This document shows, in pieces, positions 19,344 through 29,581 of a DNA stretch of 64,000 nucleotides. Made by a program: the position numbers and the translations under genes. The notes beneath the pieces were generated by a model. That model saw only the letters and a list, made by a program, of their open reading frames with translations, did no database searches and was not told the DNA's origin. The stretch is from Candidatus Heimdallarchaeum aukensis (lineage in GTDB: Archaea; Asgardarchaeota; Heimdallarchaeia; Heimdallarchaeales; Heimdallarchaeaceae), in NCBI GenBank assembly GCA_021513695.1, contig CP084166.1, positions 2,848,001 to 2,912,000 on the forward strand, read 5' to 3'. Within the stretch, counting starts at the first letter, position 1; each line of letters starts with the position of its first letter.

Positions 19344-20933
19344 TTGCTGTCTTACAAAACACATATGAGTAATAAATTATACGCAGATTTTATAATAAAG
19401 AACGCTAATATATGGACAATGGACGATAACAACCCACGGGCTAAACATTTGGCAATATATAGCAACACAATCTGTAAAGTTACCAAAAATTTGAAAGAAA
19501 TTGAACAATTAGTTGGACCTGAAACAAAAATAATAGATGCAGAAAACAAAACAGTTATTCCCGGATTTATCGATTCCCATACTCATATTGCATGGACTGG
19601 ATTAAACAAAATCTATCTCGATTTAGGAAATACTAAAAGTTTAGAAGAAGCTCTATCTTTGATTAAAGAAGAAATACAAAAAAAAGAAGAAGGAGAATGG
19701 ATCATAGGCAGAAACTGGGACCAAAGTAATTGGGTTGAACAAAGGTATATTACTGCTGCAGATTTAGACCCAATAAGTCCAAAAAATCCTGTTCTACTGA
19801 GACATGTTTCTGGCCATTTAGCAACCGTCAATTCTTTAGGTTTTGAGAGGTTGGGGTTAAGTAAGGATTTACAAGGAGTAGACCTTGATAAAGAAGGAAA
19901 TGTAGTTGGTACTTTAAGAGATATTGAGCTTTCAGATTTCAAAGAAATAAGGCCAAGTTTTGAAGATTTTGTTAAAGGGTTAGAGTTAGGAATGGAAGAA
20001 TGTATAAGATTAGGAATAACCTCTATTCACGATAATATTACTTTTGAGCTTTTACCCGCTTACCATTATTTATTCACAAATAATAAGATGAAAATAAGAG
20101 TTTATGGAATAATCTATGAAGATATGGTTGAAGAAGCTATAAAACTCAATCTCAACAAAACAGTCGGTTCTCAGTGGTTTAAAATTGGCGCTGTAAAACT
20201 AATGACCGATGGTGCAATATCAGCAAGAACTGCTTATCTCTTTGAAGAATATGCAGATAAAGAAGGAGAATACGGTTTTGCTCTCTACGATGAAGAGAAG
20301 TTAGATTATATGATTAAAAAAGTGCATGAATCAGGTTACCAAGTAGCAGCACATGCTATAGGAGATAGAGCAGTAGCACAGTTAATTGAAGCTTTTGTAA
20401 GAAATATAAAACCAGAAGAATGCAAAAGAAGATTACATAGGATAGAACACGCTGAAATAGTTAGATTTCAAGACTTAGAAAAAGCAAAAGAATTAAATAT
20501 AGTCTTCTCGATGCAACCCAATTTTGTCTATCGATGGGGAAGAATAGGTATAAATGGAATGTATGAAAAGAGACTAGGCAAAGAAAGAACAATGTTGAAT
20601 AATCCCTTTGGATGGGTGAAAGAAAATGATCTTATTCTTACTTTTGGAAGCGATGGAATGCCTTTAGGACCTTTATACGGAATTTTGGGGGCACTATATC
20701 ATCCAAATGAGAAGCAACAACTAACTATAGAAGAAGCAATAAGGAGCTATACCTTTATTCCTGCAGCTGTTTCAAGAGAGGAGAATATGAAAGGGTCTAT
20801 TACCGAAGGAAAATTGGCTGATGTTGTAATTTTAAGTCATAACCTTGACGAAATTAAGAAAGAAGATTTTGAAAAAGTAAAGGTGGTAAAAACAATAATT
20901 GATGGAAAGGTAGTTTTTGAACTTAAGGACTAA
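19344..20933 (+). CDS. amidohydrolase-3 family metal-dependent hydrolase
   Basis: VIPGFIDSHTHIAWTG metal-binding HxH motif. 529 aa, TIM-barrel amidohydrolase architecture with a conserved C-terminal GxxADxVV-like LADVVIL. True start may be the internal Met at ~19365. Confidence 0.7.
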   Translation: MLSYKTHMSNKLYADFIIKNANIWTMDDNNPRAKHLAIYSNTICKVTKNLKEIEQLVGPETKIIDAENKTVIPGFIDSHTHIAWTGLNKIYLDLGNTKSLEEALSLIKEEIQKKEEGEWIIGRNWDQSNWVEQRYITAADLDPISPKNPVLLRHVSGHLATVNSLGFERLGLSKDLQGVDLDKEGNVVGTLRDIELSDFKEIRPSFEDFVKGLELGMEECIRLGITSIHDNITFELLPAYHYLFTNNKMKIRVYGIIYEDMVEEAIKLNLNKTVGSQWFKIGAVKLMTDGAISARTAYLFEEYADKEGEYGFALYDEEKLDYMIKKVHESGYQVAAHAIGDRAVAQLIEAFVRNIKPEECKRRLHRIEHAEIVRFQDLEKAKELNIVFSMQPNFVYRWGRIGINGMYEKRLGKERTMLNNPFGWVKENDLILTFGSDGMPLGPLYGILGALYHPNEKQQLTIEEAIRSYTFIPAAVSREENMKGSITEGKLADVVILSHNLDEIKKEDFEKVKVVKTIIDGKVVFELKD

Positions 20934-21120
20934 AATTCTACTTTTCTCTTTTTTTTTTCCAATATTGTTTGAGTTTAACACTGATTTAAGAAAAAAATTT
21001 TTGTCGATGTTTTTATCGACAGTTTACTTTTTTGTCTATGCTTTTTATCGACAAGTGTATAATTATTGTTATTTATCTTTCTCACTGAAAAAAAAACTAA
21101 AAAACAATAGAATAAGAAAC

Positions 21121-22236
21121 ATGATAATGAGTACTATTGATGAGCAGATACAAGAGCTCGAAGACCAAATCGCAAAGACACAAAAAAATAAAGCTACAGA
21201 GCACCATATTGGTCAGCTCAAAGCAAAGATTGCTAAACTAAGACGAAAGAAACTAGATATTCAGATGTCTAAGTCAGGAAGCGGTTACGGTTTTGATGTT
21301 AAGAAATCTGGAGATGCTACGGTTGTTCTTGTAGGTTTACCATCAGTAGGAAAATCTTCACTTATCTCTAAGATAACAAATAAGGAGAGTAAAGTAGCAG
21401 AATACGCTTTTACAACTTTAGATGCTATACCAGGTATGTTGTTCCATCATGGAACAAAAATACAGATAGTTGATCTTCCAGGTATTATTGAAGGAGCTTC
21501 TGAAGGAAAAGGTAGAGGAAAAGAAATCCTAGCCGTTGCTAGAACTTCTGACATGATAATAATACTAGTTACTCCTGAAAATATTGATAAACAAATTGAA
21601 TTAATAATGAATGAGTTGTATAAAGTAGCTATTCGTCCAGGAATGAAAAAACCATATATTAATATCAAGAAGACAGATAAAGGAGGAATAGCGATATCAA
21701 CTCTCCATAGATTAACTCATATGTCAGAAAAGACTTTTGCAGGGATAATGAGAGAATATAAGATCGCTAATGCAATAGTAACAGTAAGATCTGATCCAAC
21801 AATGGAAGAATTAATTGATGTTCTAGAGGGAAACAGGGTTTATCCGAAGAAACTTATTGTTGTTAACAAAATCGACCAGTATCCTAAAGAAGTAATAGAT
21901 GAGATAAAAGAAAGATATCCTGATGCAGTATTCATCAGTGCATTAAAAGACATTAATCTAGATGTACTTAAAGATGCAATAGTGGATAGATTAGAGTTAA
22001 TCAAAATATGGATGAAAAAACAAGGAGAAAAAACAGATTTTTCAGAACCAATGATTATAAAAAAAGGTTCAACAGTGCGAGATGTTTGTGTGAAAATACA
22101 TAGAAAATTTGTCTCAGAGTTTAGATATGCTGTAGTCAGTGGTCCAAGTGCTAAGCATCCTAATCAACGAGTGGGCATTGAACATGTCCTAAAAGATGGA
22201 GATATTCTAACTATTGTAATTAACAAATATTGGTGA
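21121..22236 (+). CDS. developmentally regulated GTP-binding protein (DRG/Obg family) with TGS domain
   Basis: G1 LVGLPSVGKSS. Switch AEYAFTTL. G3 DLPGIIEGA. C-terminal TGS-like IKKGSTVRDVCVKIHRKF. The ORF track extends to 20917, but the 372-aa product from the Met at 21121 (MIMSTIDEQ) fits DRG length. Confidence 0.8.
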   Translation: MIMSTIDEQIQELEDQIAKTQKNKATEHHIGQLKAKIAKLRRKKLDIQMSKSGSGYGFDVKKSGDATVVLVGLPSVGKSSLISKITNKESKVAEYAFTTLDAIPGMLFHHGTKIQIVDLPGIIEGASEGKGRGKEILAVARTSDMIIILVTPENIDKQIELIMNELYKVAIRPGMKKPYINIKKTDKGGIAISTLHRLTHMSEKTFAGIMREYKIANAIVTVRSDPTMEELIDVLEGNRVYPKKLIVVNKIDQYPKEVIDEIKERYPDAVFISALKDINLDVLKDAIVDRLELIKIWMKKQGEKTDFSEPMIIKKGSTVRDVCVKIHRKFVSEFRYAVVSGPSAKHPNQRVGIEHVLKDGDILTIVINKYW

Positions 22237-22464
22237 AATAAGACTCTTTTATAATTGTTTGTTTAATTTACTAATCGTAAATATAGACATCTAACAGTGC
22301 ATTAATTCCAACATATAAAAAAGTAATTTACACTATTTTTGATAAATGTATTAAAGGATTCTTTTAAATTATAAATTATAATTTTATAACATGGTTGTTA
22401 TTTTTTATGTTTCATTCATCAATAAACTTAAATATTATTTAAATAATTTTTTTGTGGGTATACA

Positions 22465-22746
22465 ATGAGCGACGGAACATTGGAAGTATCCAAATCAGAA
22501 GAAATTGTAGCTTTGGCAAAGGCTTTGTCTTCTCCTACAAGGTATCAAATTGTAAAATTGTTAATAGATAAGGAGATGGACATATCAAACATTGCTAAAG
22601 CTATGAAACAAACTGAAGCTAACACTTCAGCCCAGATTAAGTTCCTTGAGAAGGCGAAAATCCTTGAATCAAGGTACGAACCTGGTGCTCACGGTGTTAG
22701 AAAAGTTTGTAAAACAAATGTAAAAAAAGTAATAATCAATCTTTAA
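22465..22746 (+). CDS. winged-helix (ArsR/PadR-like) transcriptional regulator
   Basis: 93 aa. LSSPTRYQIVKLLIDKEMDISNIAKAMKQTEANTSAQIKFLEKAKIL is a typical HTH plus wing. Confidence 0.45.
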   Translation: MSDGTLEVSKSEEIVALAKALSSPTRYQIVKLLIDKEMDISNIAKAMKQTEANTSAQIKFLEKAKILESRYEPGAHGVRKVCKTNVKKVIINL

Positions 22747-23305
22747 TAGCGTTATCGCTATTTTTCTCTTTTTTTGGTTTGTGAAAAACAATTGCATTAT
22801 CTTCAATTGGAAGCTTCCAACTGTCAATAACTTTACAATAATTATCAGTTAATTCGTGTAGTTTTTCTAGAGAAAAAAGTTTAGCGAGAGCAGTAAGAAT
22901 AACTTTTCCTCCCTCCTTTAATATCAAGTTAAATTGATTAATTGTGTTTAAAGGTTCAGGAACATTTTGAATGACAGAAAAACAAGTGATAATTGATATA
23001 CTATCTCTGCGAATAGGTAATGCGTCACTATCACAAACAATAGTAAAAATTAAACCATTATTTTTTATTCCTTCTTTTAACATATTAAAACTAATATCAC
23101 ATGAAATTACTTGATTTTGTTTTTCTAAAAATTTGGAAAACAATCCTGTACCTGCTCCAACATCTAAAATAGGTTCGTTACTAGGAATTTTAAAATGTTT
23201 GATGATATCTAGATATTTTTTGTTTTGTATTGAAATATAACGACGATCATACATTTCTGCTGTTTCATCGTAACTTCTTCTTACTCTAAACTTCTTTTTA
23301 CGCAT
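22736..23305 (-). CDS. class I SAM-dependent methyltransferase
   Basis: Motif I ILDVGAGTGLFS. 189 aa Rossmann-fold methyltransferase. Confidence 0.7.
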   Translation of the reverse strand: MRKKKFRVRRSYDETAEMYDRRYISIQNKKYLDIIKHFKIPSNEPILDVGAGTGLFSKFLEKQNQVISCDISFNMLKEGIKNNGLIFTIVCDSDALPIRRDSISIITCFSVIQNVPEPLNTINQFNLILKEGGKVILTALAKLFSLEKLHELTDNYCKVIDSWKLPIEDNAIVFHKPKKEKNSDNAIKD

Positions 23306-23357
23306 TGATATAACAATTGTAGAAAAGAATTTTAACTATATAGGAAAGTACCTATTA

Positions 23358-24245
23358 ATGCCTATAAGCTTGAATGCAGTAAAAGTGTTAAAAGAATTGG
23401 ACAAAGAAGATATAAGAATACTTCAAATGATTGAAGTACTGTTAAAAGAGGGAGAATATGCACCTCTAGAAAAAATAGCTAAATATGCTGGTTTTACAGT
23501 AAAAGAAACAAATTATAGGCTATCAAAAATTCACAAATTAAAATTAATTGAGAGATGGAAAGGACATTATATAGGTTATACTCTTAAATTTGCAGGTTTC
23601 GATGCTTTAGCTTTAAATGCTCTATACGAAGGGGGGATAATTTCAAGTGTGGGTTCAGCAAGAGGAGTAGGAAAAGAGAGTGATATATACTATGCTCTGG
23701 ATTTTGAAGGGAATGAAGTAATTATTAAAATAAATAGAACTGGTAGAGCAAGTTTTAGAAATGTGAAGAAAAAGCGAGACTTTTTAGAAAAAAGAACTCA
23801 CTATTCAATTTATTTTACTGCCTATTTATCTGCAAGAAGAGAATATGAAATTTTATCTAAATTACAAGGATCAAAATTGCCTGTTCCAAAGATTAGAGGA
23901 TACAATAGACATATAATAGTGATGGACATAATTAAGGGAAAAGAACTGGTGAATATTGATTATATAGAAAAACCACTGAAAGTATTAAAGCAGATCATCA
24001 AATTTGAAAGAAAATTGTACAAGAAGTATAAGCTGATTCATGCGGACTTAACAGAATACAACATTATTTATGACGAAGATAGCAAAAAAATAACAATTAT
24101 TGATTTTCCTCAAGCTGTTACAATTGATCATCCTAATGCTTTGGAACTGTTAGAACGAGATGTTAATCATTTGATGGAGTTCTTTGGTAAGAAGTATGGA
24201 GTTAGTCTTGAAACAGATTCTGTTCTGAAATTTATCACTAAATAA
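23358..24245 (+). CDS. rio2: RIO-type serine kinase Rio2
   Basis: N-terminal winged helix (EKIAKYAGFTVKETNYRLSKIHKLKLIER) followed by a RIO domain. Kinase motifs GVGKESDIY, catalytic IHADLTEYNII, metal-binding IIDFPQAV. Confidence 0.8.
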   Translation: MPISLNAVKVLKELDKEDIRILQMIEVLLKEGEYAPLEKIAKYAGFTVKETNYRLSKIHKLKLIERWKGHYIGYTLKFAGFDALALNALYEGGIISSVGSARGVGKESDIYYALDFEGNEVIIKINRTGRASFRNVKKKRDFLEKRTHYSIYFTAYLSARREYEILSKLQGSKLPVPKIRGYNRHIIVMDIIKGKELVNIDYIEKPLKVLKQIIKFERKLYKKYKLIHADLTEYNIIYDEDSKKITIIDFPQAVTIDHPNALELLERDVNHLMEFFGKKYGVSLETDSVLKFITK

Positions 24246-24330
24246 AAGGTAACTAAATAAGAGTGAAAAGAAAAACAATAATTAGAAAAGAAAAAAGTAT
24301 CGTTCAAGAAAAGAAGGAATAATTAGTTCA

Positions 24331-26406
24331 TTGGTGATTGATATAGCTCAAGAGAAGATAATTGTAGGAGCTGACATCGTTCCACAGACATCGGCATCAA
24401 AGAATCCACACTATGCAGTGTGTGTATACGATGGGATTGAAGAAAAAATTATTGATTCATTTGAAAACATTAATTTTCATAAATTAATAAGCATTATTCA
24501 GAAAACACAAGCAAAGTTTTTGGCTACAGATAATGTTTATGAATTGGTTTCTTCTCCCTCTTCTTTGCCTTTCCTTTGTATTCAATTATCTCCAAACACT
24601 AAACTTGTTCAAATCACAGGCAGTCCTTTACATGGTTTTACTCCTCTTACTAAGTTAATGAGAAAATATGGTCTAGATGTTAAAGGGAAGCCTAGTCCTG
24701 TTGAATCAGCAGAAGCATGCGCTATACTAGCAAATAAGAAAATAGGTTACCGTGTAGAACCCTTTGAAGATGAGACAAAAATCGTTGTCTCTCGTTCAAG
24801 GTCTAAAGGAGCTGGTGGATGGTCTCAAGGAAGGTATGGTCGATTATATGATACTAGCGTTCTTCAAGTAGCCAACGAGGTAGAATCAGTATTAAAAGAA
24901 CATGATGTAGATTATGATAGACATATCACAAAAAGTAAATATGGAGCAAAAAAGGTTGTTTTTGACGTTTATAGTTCTTTAAACCAAGTATTATCATTTA
25001 TAAAAAATAAAAAAGGAGAGTTATGTCAAGTAAAAATTTTTCCTGTAAATAAGGAACATGTAGAGTTTATTCCTTTAAGTCAAGAAGTTACTCTTAAATC
25101 TAAACTAAAAAGGCTAATAGTAGGTATTGATCCTGGTTTAACTGTTGGATTATCCATTCTTGATTTGAGGGGGAAAGTTCTAAAAACCTTATCTCTACGC
25201 CAAGCGAGTAGAGGGCAAGTAATAAGAGCAATAACCAAATTAGGAAAACCAACTTTAATTTGCTGTGATGTTTATCCCTATCCTAGTTATGTAGAAAAGA
25301 TAGCAGGAAACCTGAATGGAAAATTATTTGCTCCTAGATCAATTTTAACTGTAGCAGAAAAAAATAGAATAGCAAGACAATTGGCAATAGAGCAAGGAAT
25401 AGTAATAAAAGATGCTCATCAAAGAGATTCTTTAGCTGCAGCTTTTAGTGGATATAGAAAATATAGAGAGCAGTTTTCTAAAGTAGATGAAAAGTATTTA
25501 CACGAGTTTGATAAAAATCTCAGAGATGAAATTAAGGATTTATTAGTTAGAGGAAGAAGTTTAAACGATTCTGTAAACTTTATTAGAAAAGAGCTAGAAA
25601 AAGAGAAGAAGAAAGAAGAACCAATAATTACTATAGAAGAAATTAAAGATATTAAACCAGAGAAAGTTCTTGAAGAAAATAAGATCTTAAAAGAAAGAAT
25701 AGATTGGTTAGAAAAACAACTAGAAGAAGAAAAAAGTAAAAATGCTGAAATCTTTTCTGAGAATGAGGAGCTAAAAAGAGAAATAGACTATCTGAGAGAC
25801 AAACTTGCTCAAGGCAAAGAAAAGTATATCAAGGGACTTTATAAAGAAAAAATCTTTTTACAGAAAGACAGTCTAATCAACTCTTTGAAAGAGAAAAATA
25901 GAGCACTAAAAGAAGAGCTTGACTTCTATGCTACAAAAATTGATGAACTAAAAAGAATAGTGTGGTTACGAGCAAATGAGAATTGGGTAGCTTTAAAGGT
26001 CATAAAGAAATTTACCCAAGAAGAAATAGAAAAAACAAATGAAATTCATGGATTAAGACCTGGAGATATAGTTTACATTTTAAACACAACAGGAGGGGGA
26101 GGGCAAACAGCTGAATTGTTAATAAGCTATAAAATCAAAGCTATAATTGGAGACATAGAAAACCTATCTTATTATGCAAAAACAAAATTCATGAAATACC
26201 AGATCCCTCTAATCGACAGAGAAAAAGTTAATCCTTTAAGAATGGATGAAATTGCAATAATAGAAGAAAAAGAAATAGATAATGCTATAGACATGGCTAG
26301 AAAAGAATTAGAGCAAAAAATCATTAAAGAAAAAGAGTCTATTCTTGAAAATCTAGTAGATGAGTATAGGAAAGAAAGAAAAAGAGAATTAGGAGAAAAT
26401 ATTTAA
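24331..26406 (+). CDS. archaeal COG2433/DUF460-like protein (putative RNase H-fold nuclease with coiled coil)
   Basis: 691 aa with a TTG/GTG start. Central VGIDPGLTVGLSIL resembles the RuvC/YqgF-like start of the COG2433 family. Long coiled-coil region (KERIDWLEKQLEEEKSK...). Confidence 0.4.
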   Translation: MVIDIAQEKIIVGADIVPQTSASKNPHYAVCVYDGIEEKIIDSFENINFHKLISIIQKTQAKFLATDNVYELVSSPSSLPFLCIQLSPNTKLVQITGSPLHGFTPLTKLMRKYGLDVKGKPSPVESAEACAILANKKIGYRVEPFEDETKIVVSRSRSKGAGGWSQGRYGRLYDTSVLQVANEVESVLKEHDVDYDRHITKSKYGAKKVVFDVYSSLNQVLSFIKNKKGELCQVKIFPVNKEHVEFIPLSQEVTLKSKLKRLIVGIDPGLTVGLSILDLRGKVLKTLSLRQASRGQVIRAITKLGKPTLICCDVYPYPSYVEKIAGNLNGKLFAPRSILTVAEKNRIARQLAIEQGIVIKDAHQRDSLAAAFSGYRKYREQFSKVDEKYLHEFDKNLRDEIKDLLVRGRSLNDSVNFIRKELEKEKKKEEPIITIEEIKDIKPEKVLEENKILKERIDWLEKQLEEEKSKNAEIFSENEELKREIDYLRDKLAQGKEKYIKGLYKEKIFLQKDSLINSLKEKNRALKEELDFYATKIDELKRIVWLRANENWVALKVIKKFTQEEIEKTNEIHGLRPGDIVYILNTTGGGGQTAELLISYKIKAIIGDIENLSYYAKTKFMKYQIPLIDREKVNPLRMDEIAIIEEKEIDNAIDMARKELEQKIIKEKESILENLVDEYRKERKRELGENI

Positions 26407-26456
26407 CTTTTTCAAGAATGCTTTTAGAAATTCTGCTCTCTAATTAAAGCTGTGAT

Positions 26457-26485
26457 AAACCTAGGAAATAAGTTATCCTAGGTTA
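26457..26485. terminator. hairpin between convergent genes (AACCTAGG-N11-CCTAGGTT)
   Basis: 8-bp stem built on palindromic CCTAGG sites with an 11-nt loop. Lies between the 3' ends of the 24331-26406(+) and 26502-26747(-) genes. Flanked by A/T-rich runs. Confidence 0.25.
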
Positions 26486-26501
26486 AGAAATAAATGTAAA
26501 A

Positions 26502-26747
26502 TTAAGCAGGATAATCTTCTATATTAACTTGAACAAACAAAATATTGTTACCACGAACAAAAATATCTCCGTAAGAAGCTACTTCTTCATCTTCAATGAT
26601 TTCAGTACTTTCACGAAGCCAAACATTCATATTTTGGTCAAAAGAGACTAGTTTTCCTTTATATCTCACGTTATCTTTAAGTCTAATAATCACTTGCTTA
26701 TTTAATGCTTTTCTCAAGCTGTTAACAGGAATGCTACTCATACTCAT
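26502..26747 (-). CDS. Sm-like archaeal protein (SmAP)
   Basis: 81 aa. Sm1-like VIIRLKDNVRYKGKLVSFDQNMNVWL and Sm2-like IFVRGNNILFV. Confidence 0.7.
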   Translation of the reverse strand: MSMSSIPVNSLRKALNKQVIIRLKDNVRYKGKLVSFDQNMNVWLRESTEIIEDEEVASYGDIFVRGNNILFVQVNIEDYPA

Positions 26748-26885
26748 TATTTTTCACTCTCAATAAAATCTAAACAGTAATTATTCACCGACTTTTCAGA
26801 ATCTATAAAAAGCTTTTTGTTAAATACTGATTTTATTTTATACTTACAACCTATTTTATGCTCCTTTTCTTTTGATAAACTTTTT

Positions 26886-28376
26886 TTACAGATCGAAATT
26901 TTTTGCCACTTGTTCTAAATTCTTTGTTTCGAGGTTTTTTGTTATCCTTTCTCTTACTTTTACATAAATTGGATGATTAACTGCATTTCCTACTACAATT
27001 GCTTCTCCTACACCAAGAGTAGTTATCGAGTTCAAAGTATCTCTATCAATACCTTCACTAGTTCTTCCTATGAATTCGAGATCGTAAGGGTTCATTATTT
27101 TCATAATGATTTGTGTATTACACTGACTAAGCGTAGTTGTTGAAAGATTCACAGGCCTTTGACTAATAAGTATCAAAGATATGAAAAATTTTCTTCCTTC
27201 TCTAGCAATAGTGTTTATTATAGGCCTTGAAATAGCTAAACTCAATTTACTTTCAGGAGCAAACTGATGAGCTTCTTCCAAAATTACCGAAACAGGGGGA
27301 ATCTCTGATTTTTTTCTTAATTCGAATAATCTTGAAAGAGTGTATGAAACAATCATCTGTTTCTGTCGTAGGCTAGTAAAATCACTTAAATCAATAATTA
27401 ACAATTTTCCTGGTTTAGTTTTTTCTTTTAAGTCAGGAAATTCCTTTACACCGAAAAGTTTTGTTTTTTTTAGTTCAAACAACCATCCATTAAGGGCATC
27501 TTTAGTTCGTTGATTCATTCGTTCATCGTTTTCTATTTCCTCCATAATATCAGAAATCGTGTAACTGACTCCCTTTTTCACTTTCTCATTGTACATTCTC
27601 CCAAGAATAACATATAGTTCTCTTAGTTGTACTGGACTTATATCTGGTTGAAAATTTGCAAATTGAGCTGCAGAAATAGAGTGTGTTGCAAATTGAATAT
27701 AACTAGCAGATATAACTTCTATTTGTTCACTTAATTCTGCTCCAGTTTCTTTCAGTCCTTTGTATTCTCCATGAACATCGAACAGAATAGTAGCTATTCT
27801 ACCTTGTTCTTTTTTTCTGTTTAGTAGCTCCTCTAAAAGAACAGAAACTGTATACGATTTTCCTGCGCCACTTATTGCAAGTATAGCTAAATGTTTTTGT
27901 AGAAATCTAGTAAGGTTTAATTTTACTTTTACATCATGATGTTCTAACTTTCCGATATACAAACCATTATTTTGATCTAGACCTAAAAATTTTGAAAGTA
28001 GGCTTGCATCTGCTAGAAAAACATTGTCTCCTGGACTAACTGGGTGTTGTAATCGTTTTACACCTTTTTTAGTATGAATGCCTAATGCTTTTGCTTTGGC
28101 AATAATATATTCCCAACTATCAGCAGGAAAAATTGAAGCTAATGTTTTTCCACTTGTTTCATAAGCTTTTACTGCAGATGGAGAAGAAAAATATCTGTTC
28201 GTTTTTATAATATCTTTTACTTGCGCTATTACTTTTCCCTCTTCTTCTGGTGTCTCAACTACGATGTACATATCTCTTTTTAACTGAAAATCCTTACTAT
28301 CTTTTGTTATTACAAAATGGAATTCAGAAGGATTAGGGGTGTTTTGTGTTACTATTACTGTTCCTATCATTTTCAT
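26886..28376 (-). CDS. HerA-like ATPase (DUF87 hexameric helicase/translocase)
   Basis: 496 aa. Walker A AISGAGKSYTVS. Walker B-like LLIIDLSD...ILEEAHQFAP. N-terminal barrel domain. Immediately downstream of a NurA-like gene. Confidence 0.7.
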   Translation of the reverse strand: MKMIGTVIVTQNTPNPSEFHFVITKDSKDFQLKRDMYIVVETPEEEGKVIAQVKDIIKTNRYFSSPSAVKAYETSGKTLASIFPADSWEYIIAKAKALGIHTKKGVKRLQHPVSPGDNVFLADASLLSKFLGLDQNNGLYIGKLEHHDVKVKLNLTRFLQKHLAILAISGAGKSYTVSVLLEELLNRKKEQGRIATILFDVHGEYKGLKETGAELSEQIEVISASYIQFATHSISAAQFANFQPDISPVQLRELYVILGRMYNEKVKKGVSYTISDIMEEIENDERMNQRTKDALNGWLFELKKTKLFGVKEFPDLKEKTKPGKLLIIDLSDFTSLRQKQMIVSYTLSRLFELRKKSEIPPVSVILEEAHQFAPESKLSLAISRPIINTIAREGRKFFISLILISQRPVNLSTTTLSQCNTQIIMKIMNPYDLEFIGRTSEGIDRDTLNSITTLGVGEAIVVGNAVNHPIYVKVRERITKNLETKNLEQVAKNFDL

Positions 28377-28380
28377 TTTA

Positions 28381-29523
28381 TTAACTCCATGGATTTCTTG
28401 CTCTTCTTTTTTGGAGCGAAAAACTAGAATAACCTATTCTAGAAGATATTTCATCTATCAAAATATCTGCATCGTCTTCCCTTATTTTAGCTCTAGCATC
28501 AGCTTCTATTATTACGCTAGGCAAACCGTATTCAGGATGAAAAGTTGAAATAGAACAAATTAGAGAAGAAATTGTTTGAGCTAGATTTGTACTGTCTGAA
28601 AATAGTACAGGAAATTCGACTCTAAGGGGTGTATCGTATTCTGCTGTTTTAAGATAAAAAAAGTGAATATCGAAGTCTTCTAAATCTTTTTCGTGCTCGT
28701 TAAATTTGCTCAGATGCGATTCAAATGTTCTCTCATTTATATCTAAAACGTTGAATAGTAAGTCTGTATCTCGTAATTGTTTAATAATAGGTCTATAATC
28801 AATATCTAATAATTCTTTAAATTCTGGTCTTTTACTCAAATGAGGAAGAATTAAAGAGAGTTTTCTAGTTAATATAGCAGACCTAGAATCTTTTATCACT
28901 CCACAGAGTAAGCAACGTTTTTTTCGAGAGAGAGTATACAATCTCCTATAAAGAGCTTTAAGCCTGAGATATTGAGAAAAAAGAAAATCATTGCCTTGGA
29001 TACTTTTAACATCAATGACAGGTAATACAGAACCATCTAAAATAAGAATATCAGGAGAATCGTTTTCCAGTAAATCTATTGCACACCGTATTTCTTTTTG
29101 TATTCGCCATAAAGCAATAAGATAATCTATTTCATTTTGAGCTAAAGGTTCAACACTTGTTAAAATATCAGGAAAAGGATTTTTTTCTGGAAAATACTTC
29201 ACTTTTGGTTTTTCATCTTTGTTGTGATAGAACAGCACACCTACAGCTCTAATAAGAGCAACATCAAAAAAATTCATGCTTCTGTGTATTATCCCTCCGT
29301 CTACTCCTGCATATTTTAAACCTGTAGTAGATGATTGTGGAACTCGAACTATAAAACTTGTGTCCTTTGTATTAAATTGAAAAGCTTCAGGAAAACTAGA
29401 AGGATCCAGTTGATACTTAACTTTTCTAAATAAATCTTGGAATAATTTTCTGTGTTTATTGTATTCCTTAATTACCTTAATTATGTTGCTTATGGCTTGT
29501 TCTAAATTCTTTTTTTCGCTCAA
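28381..29523 (-). CDS. NurA-like nuclease
   Basis: 380 aa. AGVDGGI active-site-like aspartate stretch and ILILDGS motif, consistent with the NurA 5'-3' nuclease family. 4-bp gap to the HerA-like gene. Confidence 0.55.
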   Translation of the reverse strand: MSEKKNLEQAISNIIKVIKEYNKHRKLFQDLFRKVKYQLDPSSFPEAFQFNTKDTSFIVRVPQSSTTGLKYAGVDGGIIHRSMNFFDVALIRAVGVLFYHNKDEKPKVKYFPEKNPFPDILTSVEPLAQNEIDYLIALWRIQKEIRCAIDLLENDSPDILILDGSVLPVIDVKSIQGNDFLFSQYLRLKALYRRLYTLSRKKRCLLCGVIKDSRSAILTRKLSLILPHLSKRPEFKELLDIDYRPIIKQLRDTDLLFNVLDINERTFESHLSKFNEHEKDLEDFDIHFFYLKTAEYDTPLRVEFPVLFSDSTNLAQTISSLICSISTFHPEYGLPSVIIEADARAKIREDDADILIDEISSRIGYSSFSLQKRRARNPWS

Positions 29524-29581
29524 TTCTAGTTGTACTACGAGAAAATACTATATAAACTCAACTAGAAAAAGAAAAAAAGAA

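Noticed and set aside
20917-21120. N-terminal 68-aa extension of the DRG GTPase ORF
   Set aside because: The extension is Phe/Leu-rich with no similarity to DRG N-termini. The 372-aa product from the Met at 21121 matches DRG family length and begins with the expected helical region.
26886-29523. NurA-like/HerA-like pair as a novel defence system
   Set aside because: Considered because HerA-like ATPases occur in defence modules. However, the pairing of a NurA-family nuclease with a HerA-like ATPase is the canonical DNA-end resection arrangement. I kept it as a moderate-interest finding rather than calling it a defence system.
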